Shown in pieces: positions 1 to 9,478 of a DNA stretch of 43,225 nt. The stretch lies in assembly GCA_938045545.1 (NCBI GenBank), contig CALIBN010000038.1, forward strand, positions 1 to 43,225. Reading direction: 5' to 3'. The first letter of the stretch is position 1. Each line of letters starts with the position of its first letter. This stretch comes from an uncultured archaeon. Its GTDB lineage: Archaea; Thermoproteota; EX4484-205; JAAOZP01. The notes beneath the pieces were generated by a model. It saw only the letters and a list, made by a program, of their open reading frames with translations, searched no databases and was not told the origin of the DNA. The position numbers were made by a program, and so were the translations under genes.

Positions 1-54
1 CCTCAGGGACTCGAAAAAGTTGAAATAGCCCTTGCTTGGGATGAGGGCGTTAAG

Positions 55-1254
55 TTGAACCCTAGGCTTAAGGCTGCTCGCAGAGCTTTAGAGATAAAGG
101 GCGAGAGCTCCTTCCTAGTGCTGGGTAATGCGAAGATGCTTGAAACACAGGGCAGGAGGATAATCCATCTAGAAATAGGTGAACCAGATTTTACAACTCC
201 GGCTAATGTAAGGGAGGCTGCGATAAGGGCGTTGAAGGAAGGGGAGACCCATTATACTCCTACGCCCGGCATGCTGGAGCTGAGGAGGGCGATAGCTGAG
301 AAGACTTCTCAGGATTTCGGTGTTGAAGTATGTTTCGAAAACGTTTCAGTAACGCTAGGCTCCAAGGAGGCTATTTTCGCAGCTTTAGCCTCGATAGTGG
401 AGGAGGGGGACGAGGTGCTCTATCCGAACCCGGGTTACCAGGCTTACGCGAGCGGGGTAATGTTCTTTGGAGGAAAACCCGTACCCGTCAGGCTGAGGGA
501 GGAGGATGAGTTTAGAATGACTCCAGACGAGGTTAACCGGCTGGTTTCAGACAGGACTAAGGCGATAATCATAAATTCTCCACAGAACCCGACTGGGGCG
601 GTTTTAAGCAGGGATGACGTTAAGGGTATTGTGGAGATAGCTAAGGATGCCGGAGCATACGTTATTAGCGATGAGATCTACAGGTACATAATATACGATG
701 GTTTGAAACACTATTCGCCTCTTCAGTTCGACGAGAATCTGGAGAACACTATAGTGGTAGACGGTTTCTCGAAATACTATGCTATGACGGGGTGGAGGCT
801 GGGTTACGTGATTACACCGGAGCATTTAACAGCCCCTCTCCAGCTTGTTTTAAACCTGGTAACAGCATGCCCGTCTTCTTTCATCCAGATAGGGGGCTTA
901 GAGGCCTTGAGAAACGGTTCTAATGCTGTCAGAGAAATGGTTGAACAGTATGCTATTAGGAGGGGAGTTGTCATTGAAGAGGTGTCTAAAATGAGTGGTG
1001 TTAACATGGTTAGGCCTAGAGGAGCCTTCTACGGGTTTCTCAACGTTAAGGAAATAATCGGTAGGGCTGGAATTAACAGTTTGAAACTGGCCTCTATTCT
1101 GCTTGAGAAGTACGGGGTTGCAGTGTTGCACGGATCGGCCATGGGGTCTTTCGGAGAAGGCTATGTTAGGATAAGCTATGCTAACTCTGTTGAAAACATA
1201 AGGAACGGGTTGAGAATAATGGATAAAGCTTTTAAAGAGATAGCTGGGTTCTAA
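55..1254 (+). CDS. PLP-dependent class I/II (aspartate-type) aminotransferase
   Basis: 399 aa, TTG start. Motifs IGEPDF, NSPQNPTG, SDEIY and the PLP-lysine motif GFSKYYAMTGWRLG. Confidence 0.95.
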   Translation: MNPRLKAARRALEIKGESSFLVLGNAKMLETQGRRIIHLEIGEPDFTTPANVREAAIRALKEGETHYTPTPGMLELRRAIAEKTSQDFGVEVCFENVSVTLGSKEAIFAALASIVEEGDEVLYPNPGYQAYASGVMFFGGKPVPVRLREEDEFRMTPDEVNRLVSDRTKAIIINSPQNPTGAVLSRDDVKGIVEIAKDAGAYVISDEIYRYIIYDGLKHYSPLQFDENLENTIVVDGFSKYYAMTGWRLGYVITPEHLTAPLQLVLNLVTACPSSFIQIGGLEALRNGSNAVREMVEQYAIRRGVVIEEVSKMSGVNMVRPRGAFYGFLNVKEIIGRAGINSLKLASILLEKYGVAVLHGSAMGSFGEGYVRISYANSVENIRNGLRIMDKAFKEIAGF

Positions 1255-1263
1255 GCCTGTTTC

Positions 1264-1941
1264 CTACTCTAGTCTTGGAATGCTTTTCAGCATTCTCTCC
1301 AAATATATCTTGGCCAGTCTAACGTAGCGTCTATCGTTTAACAGAGCCATCAGCCTTAGGCCACCGCCTGATTTCATCAGGATAACGCTATTCTTCCCGG
1401 TGTACTCGATTTCCTCTATCTCCCCTATCTTCAAAACACTACCGTAGCTTTCGAACAGTTCAAACTGCTCGCCTATGAAGGCGGCTAAAATGTCTTCATC
1501 CATGTCGATGCGTGAGCCGAAGCTTAAACACGTGACACCGTCAGGCAGTAGGACGCTTATTGAACTTATAGATCCCTTGGATTGCGAAATGCAGTTTTGC
1601 ATGGCGCTTTCAACAACTTTAACCCATTCGAAGGCTTTCTCATCCAGCATTTTCTCGGTCTCCTCGCTTGTAACGATGTCTTTCTGAATGGGCTTCGAAA
1701 TGGTTAGCATTGGCTCCTCTTTCTTAACGGATGCTTCTATAGGGGTGTTTTTATCAATTGCTTGCGACGGCTTCTTCTCCTCCACTTCTTTTACATCCCG
1801 TTTAGAAACAGCCATTCTGTAGCGTGCTATGATTTTATCGAAGTCTGTTTTCCCATCTTCAGCGTCCTGCTCTCTTTCCACCATGGCGTGTAAATAATTA
1901 TAGACCTCTCTTATAAATTTTGCAATTATTCTTTCTTTCAC
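1264..1941 (-). CDS. Protein with C-terminal roadblock/LC7 (MglB/LAMTOR2-like) domain and N-terminal helical/charged extension
   Basis: The C-terminal ~115 aa (ISSISVLLPDGV...DEDILAA...KIGEIEEIEYTGKNSVILM...LMALL...VRLAKIYLERM) follow the roadblock pattern. The N-terminal ~105 aa are helical plus a Lys/Glu/Pro linker. Confidence 0.75.
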   Translation of the reverse strand: MKERIIAKFIREVYNYLHAMVEREQDAEDGKTDFDKIIARYRMAVSKRDVKEVEEKKPSQAIDKNTPIEASVKKEEPMLTISKPIQKDIVTSEETEKMLDEKAFEWVKVVESAMQNCISQSKGSISSISVLLPDGVTCLSFGSRIDMDEDILAAFIGEQFELFESYGSVLKIGEIEEIEYTGKNSVILMKSGGGLRLMALLNDRRYVRLAKIYLERMLKSIPRLE

Positions 1942-1955
1942 TTTTTTACATACAC

Positions 1956-2000
1956 GTTCTTATATAGTTCAGAACAGTTCAGAACAGTTCATTATGGTTC
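1956..2000. repeat. Phased GTTC array containing tandem AGAACAGTTC x2; candidate operator upstream of the roadblock gene
   Basis: GTTC starts at 1956, 1967, 1977, 1987 and 1997. The exact 10-mer AGAACAGTTC occurs at 1971-1980 and 1981-1990, giving overlapping GTTC-A-GAAC / GAAC-A-GTTC dyads. Confidence 0.7.
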
Positions 2001-2402
2001 ATCTGCCTCCATTATTTGTTCCAGTCGAAATCTAGTTCATGCGTTAAAGTTTTTTCAAAAAATACGCGTAGTTTAGAATAATATTTAACCGCTTTCTTAC
2101 AACTTTCTTTTTTCGATTTCTGTCTGTTTAAACTCCTACATACATATGGCGATGAGTGTAAGTCGGTAGGAGAAAAAGCGATTTATAATTAAAAAAATTA
2201 AAAGTGTTTAAATCGACAACGACGCGAGCGGCAACTCGCCGTATCCCTCCATTATCTGGCCCAGGAATTCTGTTTAGGTTATACTCTACATTTTATCGCC
2301 ATGGATTCAAACAATAAAAATGCTACTCTGGGGTTGCTTATCTAAAAGTTTTTAATGAGCATAATAAACTGTTTAAGTAAAAACAGTAAAGGGCTATTTA
2401 CC

Positions 2403-3389
2403 TTGAACACGGCTGTTGAGACTGTAAATCTGACTAAGTATTTCAAAGGGGACGGTGGGAAGGAGAGGATCGTGGCAGTCGACCATGTAAGCCTTTCCAT
2501 CAGGGAAGGTGAGTTTTTCGGTCTCTTGGGGCCAAACGGTGCTGGTAAAACAACTCTGATAAAAATTCTTTGCACACTGGTGATTCCTGACGAGGGCACT
2601 GCGAGGGTGGCTGGTTTCGACGTCGTCAAGGATGCTGAGAAGGTTAGGGAGTACATAGGCTGGCTGCACGGGGAAACGGGTGGGAGAGCCCTCTACTGGA
2701 GGCTTTCAGCAAGAGACAACCTAAGGTTCTACGCCTATCTGCAGAACATTCCTAAAGACGTAGCCAGAAAAAGGATAGATGCCCTGCTCGAGTTCTTCGA
2801 GTTAGACAAGGATGCTGACAGGCTTGTGAAGGATTTCTCCACGGGCATGAAGATGAGAGTAATGCTTGCTAGGACGCTTCTTTCAAACGCGCCAATACTG
2901 CTGATGGATGAGCCGACTGTTGGGCTTGACGCTACTGGGGCAATAGAGACACGTAGGCTGCTTCAAGCTCTTTGCAAGGAGCTTCGTAAAACCATAGTTT
3001 TCACAACCCATAATATTTTTGAGGCTGAGAGGCTTTGCGACAGGATCGCTGTGATGAATCGGGGAAAGATTATTGCGGTTGACACGCCGCTCCGGCTGAG
3101 CGAAATAACGAGGAAGTACAGGGGTGTCGAGGTAAGGTTCCGCGGTTCCTCTGAAGAAGCGGTTAGGATCCTGGAGAGACTAGAGTTTGTGAAGAGGATT
3201 ATGAGTATTCAGCCCGAGGAGGACTACACTGTCATAAGGGCTGAGGTTAAAGACGAGGAGCAAGCGCTGTCAGAAATTCCTAAGGCGTTCAGCACCAACG
3301 GGTTGAAAACCATAGGAGTTCAAATCGCTCTTCCAAGTCTTGAAGAAGTATTCTTAAACCTGACTGGTGGAGAGCATGAATCAGCCTGA
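2403..3389 (+). CDS. ABC-2 exporter ATP-binding protein (DrrA/CcmA-like)
   Basis: Walker A GPNGAGKT, signature FSTGM, Walker B LLMDEPT, H-loop TTH. The TTG at 2403 is preferred over the ORF-track start at 2355. Confidence 0.93.
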   Translation: MNTAVETVNLTKYFKGDGGKERIVAVDHVSLSIREGEFFGLLGPNGAGKTTLIKILCTLVIPDEGTARVAGFDVVKDAEKVREYIGWLHGETGGRALYWRLSARDNLRFYAYLQNIPKDVARKRIDALLEFFELDKDADRLVKDFSTGMKMRVMLARTLLSNAPILLMDEPTVGLDATGAIETRRLLQALCKELRKTIVFTTHNIFEAERLCDRIAVMNRGKIIAVDTPLRLSEITRKYRGVEVRFRGSSEEAVRILERLEFVKRIMSIQPEEDYTVIRAEVKDEEQALSEIPKAFSTNGLKTIGVQIALPSLEEVFLNLTGGEHESA

Positions 3390-4254
3390 AATCCTCCAGT
3401 TGTTCAGGGTTGAGGAGAAGCGGAGCAAGTCTAGTTTAAGACAGCTTTTCGCAGTGGTTTGGGCCCAGCTTAAGATGATGCTCGCCTATAAGTCTTGGCT
3501 AGTAATGGACCTGTTAAGCACCCTCGCATCTGTAGTCATGTACTACTTCGTCGGCCTGCAGGTCGACCCGCACCAGCTTTCGCGAAGCGGCTGGGGAACT
3601 AGTTACCTCGCCTTCTCCCTAGTTGGAGTCGCAACCTCAAACTATCTTTGGGCATGCTTAACAAGGCTGAGCCATTCTATCCAGCATGAAATAAGAGGAG
3701 GGACTCTTGAAACAATCGCGGTAACCCCAATAAACATGCTCATGTTCTTCATAGGCCTCACGGCACGCGGATACCTTGTTAGCCTCATCTACTTGGTGGG
3801 AGTGTTCACCGTCGGGGTTTATGGACTTGGTGCAAAACTATCGTTTACCCCTCAGTCGCTGTTCGTGTTCATAATCCTGTTTGTATTGATGCTTGTTTCA
3901 AACCAAGCTCTAGGATTAGTGGCTGCGGGAATAATAATGGTTTACAAGAGGGGTGACCCGCTAGTATTCATACTTGCAGCCGTCAACGAGTTTCTCGCCG
4001 GCGTCCTATATCCGTTGGAGCTGCTTAAACGCTTTCCAGCCTTACAGGTTCTATCAATGCTCTTCCCATATACCTATGCCCTAGACGGTATGAGGAGGGT
4101 GCTGATACTGGGTGCCTCGGTTTTCGACGTGAACGTGTTGACCGATATCCTGGTTCTAGGTGTTTTCAGCATGCTGCTTGTCCCACTAGGTTTAAAGATG
4201 CTAGGGTGGGGTTATGATAGGATAAGGAGGGAAGGGACCACTTCATCCTACTAG
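3376..4254 (+). CDS. ABC-2 exporter permease 1
   Basis: About 6 hydrophobic helices; EIRGGTLE, GVLYP and PYTYALDGMR motifs. ATG at 3376 overlaps the end of the ATPase gene. Confidence 0.9.
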   Translation: MNQPEILQLFRVEEKRSKSSLRQLFAVVWAQLKMMLAYKSWLVMDLLSTLASVVMYYFVGLQVDPHQLSRSGWGTSYLAFSLVGVATSNYLWACLTRLSHSIQHEIRGGTLETIAVTPINMLMFFIGLTARGYLVSLIYLVGVFTVGVYGLGAKLSFTPQSLFVFIILFVLMLVSNQALGLVAAGIIMVYKRGDPLVFILAAVNEFLAGVLYPLELLKRFPALQVLSMLFPYTYALDGMRRVLILGASVFDVNVLTDILVLGVFSMLLVPLGLKMLGWGYDRIRREGTTSSY

Positions 4255-4258
4255 GTGG

Positions 4259-5137
4259 TTGGATTTGAAGGTTGAAGACATTGTTAAATACTTGGCGGAA
4301 AACATTCCGCGGGGAGGGGTTGGGCCCTTTGAGAAAGCTGTTGCCTTCATAATTAGGGATTTTAAAATCTGGTGGACGTATAAGCTTTGGATAACGCTGG
4401 ATATTCTGAGCTCACTGACCTTTGTGGCAACATACTACTTCGTATCGATGATCATTACTCCGCAAGCGTTGATTGAAGCAGGGTATGCGGCAGACTTCCT
4501 CACCTTTTCAGTCATAGGCATCTCTGTGCAGCATTACGTTTTCACCTCGGTCTCAAGCCTTTCAGACGCGATAAGGGAGGAACAGTGGAACGGCACTATG
4601 GAGACAATACTTTCTTCAACCACGAGCTTCAGGGTTTTTCTCCTAGGAGAGTCTGCTTTCAGGTTCATAATCGGCTCCTACTTCCTGCTTGCTTCACTCG
4701 GCATGGGGGTGCTTCTCGGTATAAGGCTTGTCTTAAACCCTACATCTATTCTCGCCGTATTCGTGTTAACCATACTACTGGTGGCGAGCCACATGGTTAT
4801 CGGGGTTCTCGGGGCTGCGATGATACTCAAGCTTAAGCAGGGTGATCCTATAGTCTGGGCTTTCTCATGGTTAACCCAGCTTTTCTCCGGAGTCCTCTAC
4901 CCCTTGGGGCTGCTGCCCGACTGGCTTAAATGGGTTGGAAACGCGTTCCCGTTAACATACTCTTTAGACGGATTGAGAAGGTGTTTGATGAATGGTGAAG
5001 GATTAGACAGCCCTATGATAATAGGGAACACTTTAAAGCTTATACTCTTCATAGTGGTCGTACTGCCTTTTTCACTATGGTTCTTCAAAAAGTCTTACGA
5101 CTCGACGAGGAGGGAAGGAGCCCTAGGCCAGTACTGA
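4259..5137 (+). CDS. ABC-2 exporter permease 2 (paralog of permease 1)
   Basis: EQWNGTME, GDP, SGVLYP and PLTYSLDGLR motifs. C-terminus RREG is shared with permease 1; 4-bp gap between them. Confidence 0.9.
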   Translation: MDLKVEDIVKYLAENIPRGGVGPFEKAVAFIIRDFKIWWTYKLWITLDILSSLTFVATYYFVSMIITPQALIEAGYAADFLTFSVIGISVQHYVFTSVSSLSDAIREEQWNGTMETILSSTTSFRVFLLGESAFRFIIGSYFLLASLGMGVLLGIRLVLNPTSILAVFVLTILLVASHMVIGVLGAAMILKLKQGDPIVWAFSWLTQLFSGVLYPLGLLPDWLKWVGNAFPLTYSLDGLRRCLMNGEGLDSPMIIGNTLKLILFIVVVLPFSLWFFKKSYDSTRREGALGQY

Positions 5138-7082
5138 AGGCTTCACGAGGATCCTTTCTCACGCCGACGGCTACCGACTTGTAGTTTGGAGTAAACGTGT
5201 TGAAAGTGTAGCTTAAGGGGACAAGCTTGTTCACAGGCGTTTTCTCGGAGTGAATATACATCTTTATTGTTCCACTTATAACCGTGGCGTCCGCCTTAAC
5301 TCTGACTTTGAGACTGCCGCAGGAACTGAAAAGTATTATCGTCTCTCCGTCTGATAACCCTTCTCTCTTCAAATCCTCAGGATTCATGTAGCATGCTTCA
5401 ATATCCTTCCTGTTCGCATTCATCAGGGTTTCTGATAGGGATGTGAGCTCATTGTGGAGAAAAAGGAGAGGTGTTCTAACACCGACCAGAATATAGGGGT
5501 ATTTCTTGCTTACGGGATAGTCTACACCCTCGTAATGCACTGGAACATATCTCGTGAAAACTGGTTTCTTTGCTCCCCAACCGTCTTCACCACTGTACAC
5601 TTCCTCAACGTTCACATTCCTGTAGGCTGGGACGAGTTCAACTATTTCTCTGAAAATCTCTTTTTCATCATTGTAGGGAAAGAGTTTTTCGCAACCAAAA
5701 TATTTCGACAGCTCTTTAAATATGACCCAGGCCTGCTTAGCCTCCCCAGGAGGCTCCACTACCTTTCTGACAAGCCGTATGCGCCTCTCCCAATTGGTTA
5801 TGGTTCCGTTTCCCTCGATCAGCATCGCTATAGGTAGAACCACGTTTGCGAAATTCACCGTGTAGTTGAAATGGTGGTGGAGGAGAACAATGAACATTTT
5901 CTTAAGCCTCTTATGGAGGCTTTCCAGGTCCGGGAGGGAGAGAGCAAGGTTAACATCGCATGCGAAAACCGCTTTAACAGGGTTTAGATAAAGGGCTTGA
6001 ATCATGTTTAACCCGGCTTCCTCGCTCAACTCAACCCCCCAAGCCTCCTCCAGCCTGTCCCTGGATACGAGGGAAGGCAGGAAGCCTGGTGGAACGCCTC
6101 CGACATCACCCATGCCCTGAACGTTTATCTCCCCCCTGCCTGAGAGCAATACGCCCCCCTTCAGAATCAGTAGGTTTAGAAGGGAGACAACGTTTAGAAA
6201 ACCGTTTCTGCTCTGAGTCAAACCCATTCCATGCATTATTCCGAAAGCCTTGGATGAATAAATCGTTTCGACAACTTTTTCGAAAAGCTCCTTCTCAATC
6301 CCGCATATCTTCGAAACCCTTTCAGGAGTATATTCCGATACTGCTTCAGCAAGCTGTTCAAAACCCTGTATGCTCTTCCTGTCCTCCGGAACCCCTTTCC
6401 TGATAAGCTCGTTTATCAGGCCGTTTATGAAAACGAGCTGTGTATCAGGCTTCACCTGAACGTTAATATCGCAAAACTTTGAAGTCTCGTTCAGAGGGGA
6501 GTTTACACCTATAAGCTTGGTGCCCTTGGCTTTAGCCCTAACTATTCTGCTGAAAATGACAGGATAGTTTGAAGCAGGGTTTGAGCCTATGATCAGGATG
6601 AGGTCGCGCGTAGCAGCTTCCTCAATTCTGCCGGGAGACCCATTTATTCCGAACACCGTGTTCAACGCACTTATAGTGTTAGCATGGCAAAGCCTGGAGC
6701 AACAGCCGTCGACATTGTTGCTCTTCAGAACAGCGCGTGCAAACTTCTGCATAACATACGCGTTTTCATTGCTTGTCTTACCTGATGGAATGAACAAAAC
6801 CTCGTTTCCCTCAAGATCCTTCAGATGGTTGAAGATGAACCAGTATGCTTCATCCCAAGAAGCCTCCTTAAAATCCTCCTCCTTAGTTTCCCTTATCAAC
6901 GGCTTGATTATCCTGTTTTTACGGATAACTTCGTTAATAGTCAAGCCTCGGAGGCATGGGAAACCCTCGCTCACGTCATCATCCTTAACAGGCTCTACTC
7001 TAATGATTTCACCTTTTTCCGCAACGTAGTTTAGTCTGCAGCCGACCCCGCAGTATATGCATTCCGATTTTACTTTCTCCAA
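5085..7082 (-). CDS. Molybdopterin oxidoreductase, formate dehydrogenase alpha (FdhF)-like, Cys type
   Basis: [4Fe-4S] motif CIYCGVGC...C; metal-ligand motif SRLCH (TGC codon at 6687-6689); RGEINVQG; TNWERR; C-terminal molybdopterin dinucleotide-binding domain. Confidence 0.85.
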   Translation of the reverse strand: MEKVKSECIYCGVGCRLNYVAEKGEIIRVEPVKDDDVSEGFPCLRGLTINEVIRKNRIIKPLIRETKEEDFKEASWDEAYWFIFNHLKDLEGNEVLFIPSGKTSNENAYVMQKFARAVLKSNNVDGCCSRLCHANTISALNTVFGINGSPGRIEEAATRDLILIIGSNPASNYPVIFSRIVRAKAKGTKLIGVNSPLNETSKFCDINVQVKPDTQLVFINGLINELIRKGVPEDRKSIQGFEQLAEAVSEYTPERVSKICGIEKELFEKVVETIYSSKAFGIMHGMGLTQSRNGFLNVVSLLNLLILKGGVLLSGRGEINVQGMGDVGGVPPGFLPSLVSRDRLEEAWGVELSEEAGLNMIQALYLNPVKAVFACDVNLALSLPDLESLHKRLKKMFIVLLHHHFNYTVNFANVVLPIAMLIEGNGTITNWERRIRLVRKVVEPPGEAKQAWVIFKELSKYFGCEKLFPYNDEKEIFREIVELVPAYRNVNVEEVYSGEDGWGAKKPVFTRYVPVHYEGVDYPVSKKYPYILVGVRTPLLFLHNELTSLSETLMNANRKDIEACYMNPEDLKREGLSDGETIILFSSCGSLKVRVKADATVISGTIKMYIHSEKTPVNKLVPLSYTFNTFTPNYKSVAVGVRKDPREAFSTGLGLLPSSSSRKTF

Positions 7083-7198
7083 ACCGGTCTTGGGAGGAGG
7101 CGAGAGAAATATAAGTGTTTTATAACATTCGTCTAGAATGCTTGCAGTCTTGATGCGTCCGGTGTTTAAGATTTATTAACTGATGTCTTTCAATCTAG

Positions 7199-7651
7199 GT
7201 GATGTTCAAGAAGATTCTGGTTGCAACAGATGGCTCTCCTACTTCAGATAAAGCTGTCGAAATGGGTTTAAAGATGAAGCTTCAGACACCCGAGATCGAG
7301 GTCTTAGTATTACATGTTTCTGAAGAGCTTTCGAAAACCATGGTGGAACCAAGTGTGGAACAGCCCTCTAAACTAGTAGTTCTCCCGGATTCCACTAGGA
7401 TGAGCCTGATCAGGGAGAAGGATGAGATACTGGAGAAAGCTAGAATAATAGCTGAGAAGATGGGCGTTAAAGTAAAGCTTTTCAGTAGGGTCGGTGATCC
7501 AGCGTCAGTCATAGTTGAGGAGGCCGAGAAAAGGGGGTGCGATCTTATAGTTGTTGGAGGCGAGGGGCTCGGGAAATCGGGGCGTATTCTCGGAAGCGTC
7601 GCAAGCAAAGTTGTGAATCGGTTCAGAGGATCTGTGCTGGTAATTAGGTGA
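7199..7651 (+). CDS. Universal stress protein (UspA family)
   Basis: FKKILVATDGS, GDPA, DLIVVG and LGSVASKVV...SVLVIR. Confidence 0.95.
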   Translation: MMFKKILVATDGSPTSDKAVEMGLKMKLQTPEIEVLVLHVSEELSKTMVEPSVEQPSKLVVLPDSTRMSLIREKDEILEKARIIAEKMGVKVKLFSRVGDPASVIVEEAEKRGCDLIVVGGEGLGKSGRILGSVASKVVNRFRGSVLVIR

Positions 7652-7783
7652 GCTAGAAGCTGTTAAGAAACAATAGCGCGCTTGCTTTAAGCATCTTTGT
7701 AGTTGAGAGTGATATCATCAGGGTTATTTGCATATTAGGCAGGAGCCACGTATTTTATGTTGATTTACTACCGCAATGGGTTC

Positions 7784-8548
7784 TCATCTTTTCTGCAGCC
7801 TTGTCGATAACGTTTTTTCATGAAGTTTCAGAGCTCCGACCGTAAACATGATTGTAAAGATAATCACCATCATGATGTCTACCCATTCCGGGAAAAAAGC
7901 GTTGCCTGTATAAAGCTGCCTCAAAAGGTCTGTGGGGTATGTTAATGGTGATGCCGCAGCTATTGCTAAGGTCCACGTTGGAAGCTGCGCAAGTGGCACA
8001 AGTACTCCGCTGACGAATATTAACGGTAGCTTAACGACGCTTGACAATAGGACCACGTCTGCAGGCGTATCCGTGGGTAAGGCTGAGAAAAGCACCCCGA
8101 GAGCCGAGAATCCTATGACGGTAACCATAATTATTACCGTAGCCATTAAAACATTGCTTAACACGACTCCGAGAACTATACTGTAAAAAACTATTGGAAG
8201 GGTGAAAACCAATCCGAATATTGTGGAGGCCAGGATATCGCCTATAAGTATTGTAGTAACCTTAACCGGCCTGGATAGAAGCATTTCCAGAGTCCTCTGC
8301 CTAGTTTCCCATGGTGCTATTATGGGTGTGACTGAGGAGGATGTGAAGAAAATCGTAAGCGTTACTAAAGAGGCCAATCCATCTTTAGGATCAAGGCCCC
8401 TACCAATATAGAAAGCACCCCATAGGAACAGGGGGAATAACACGCCGGTTACAACTATGGGCCCCTTGGCATAGTAAAGCTTAATGTCCTTCCAGCATAT
8501 TGCCCACATGCTTCTCCATAATTGGTTGGAAGACTCTGTGCCCATCAT
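7784..8548 (-). CDS. ABC-2 exporter permease
   Basis: About 6 TM helices; TLEMLLSRP, FVSGVLVP and SPLTY motifs. ATG at 8548 lies just after the ATPase stop. Confidence 0.9.
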   Translation of the reverse strand: MMGTESSNQLWRSMWAICWKDIKLYYAKGPIVVTGVLFPLFLWGAFYIGRGLDPKDGLASLVTLTIFFTSSSVTPIIAPWETRQRTLEMLLSRPVKVTTILIGDILASTIFGLVFTLPIVFYSIVLGVVLSNVLMATVIIMVTVIGFSALGVLFSALPTDTPADVVLLSSVVKLPLIFVSGVLVPLAQLPTWTLAIAAASPLTYPTDLLRQLYTGNAFFPEWVDIMMVIIFTIMFTVGALKLHEKTLSTRLQKR

Positions 8549-8550
8549 TA

Positions 8551-9474
8551 TCAACCCCCAATAATTTTCACAAATACGTCCTCCATGTTTGGTGGAGATG
8601 TATGAATGTCGATTATGCTGAGGCATCTCGCCTTAGCGTATTCAACAACCCTAACTATAGGGTCCGCCGATTCTTTGCAAATCAAGAGAATCCTGGAGCC
8701 CTGAACCCTATGCTCCCAAGCTTTAAAGAATTGTCCCGCATCCTCTGGATTAATCGGCCTGTCGAATTTCACAGATATGTACGTGTATAGGCCGGATTTA
8801 ATCATCAGGTCATCGGGGCTCCCTGTCTCAACTATCTGCCCACCGTTTATTATAGCAATCCTGTCGCAAAGCTCACCAGCCTCCTCCACGTTATGCGTTG
8901 TCAGAAGGACTGTAACCCCATTCTTCTTCAGGTCAAGGATTAGGCTGCGTATCTTCTTGGCGCTTAACACGTCGAGCCCAGACGTAGGCTCGTCTAAGAA
9001 GAGTACCTTTGGCTCGCCGATCAGAGCCATAGCCACCAGAAGCTTCTGTCTCATTCCTTTAGAAAGGCTCCTGGCCTTCCTCTCTCTAACCTCGTAAAGG
9101 TCGAGAAGCTTAAGCAGTCTAGAAGCCCTCTCACTAGCCGTGCGCTTGGATAAGCCGTATAGGGATCCGACAAGCGTAAGGTTATCCCAAGCCGACAAGT
9201 CTGGGTATGGGTTAGCCTCTTCAGGAACCACCCCGATAAGCATTCTGGCTTTAACAGGATCCTTATGAACATCGTAGCCCATTATCTTGGCCTCACCACT
9301 ATCAGGCCTTAGTATGCCCGTCAAAATACGGATAGTCGTTGTCTTTCCGGCGCCGTTGGGTCCGAGGAAACCGAATATTTCCCCCTCTGTCACGTTGAAG
9401 CTAACGCCGTTCACAGCCGAGACGTTTCCAAACCTTTTATGTAGATTTACTGCTTCTATAGCTATAGTGCTCAT
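8551..9474 (-). CDS. ABC-2 exporter ATP-binding protein
   Basis: GPNGAGKT, LSKGM, FLDEPT, TTH. ATG at 9474 follows the PadR stop. Confidence 0.93.
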   Translation of the reverse strand: MSTIAIEAVNLHKRFGNVSAVNGVSFNVTEGEIFGFLGPNGAGKTTTIRILTGILRPDSGEAKIMGYDVHKDPVKARMLIGVVPEEANPYPDLSAWDNLTLVGSLYGLSKRTASERASRLLKLLDLYEVRERKARSLSKGMRQKLLVAMALIGEPKVLFLDEPTSGLDVLSAKKIRSLILDLKKNGVTVLLTTHNVEEAGELCDRIAIINGGQIVETGSPDDLMIKSGLYTYISVKFDRPINPEDAGQFFKAWEHRVQGSRILLICKESADPIVRVVEYAKARCLSIIDIHTSPPNMEDVFVKIIGG

Positions 9475-9478
9475 GGGC

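Noticed and set aside
1967-2000. AGAACAGTTC repeats as a CRISPR array
   Set aside because: The unit is 10 bp, directly tandem, with no spacers and no cas genes.
2148-2170. GGCGATG start resembling a fluoride riboswitch
   Set aside because: No complementary CGCC pseudoknot strand follows, and there is no fluoride-related gene downstream.
2224-2239. GCGAG-N6-CTCGC hairpin
   Set aside because: Only 5 bp; expected by chance.
6684-6689. Possible selenocysteine in the FdhF-like enzyme
   Set aside because: The metal-ligand codon is TGC (Cys) and the frame has no internal TGA.
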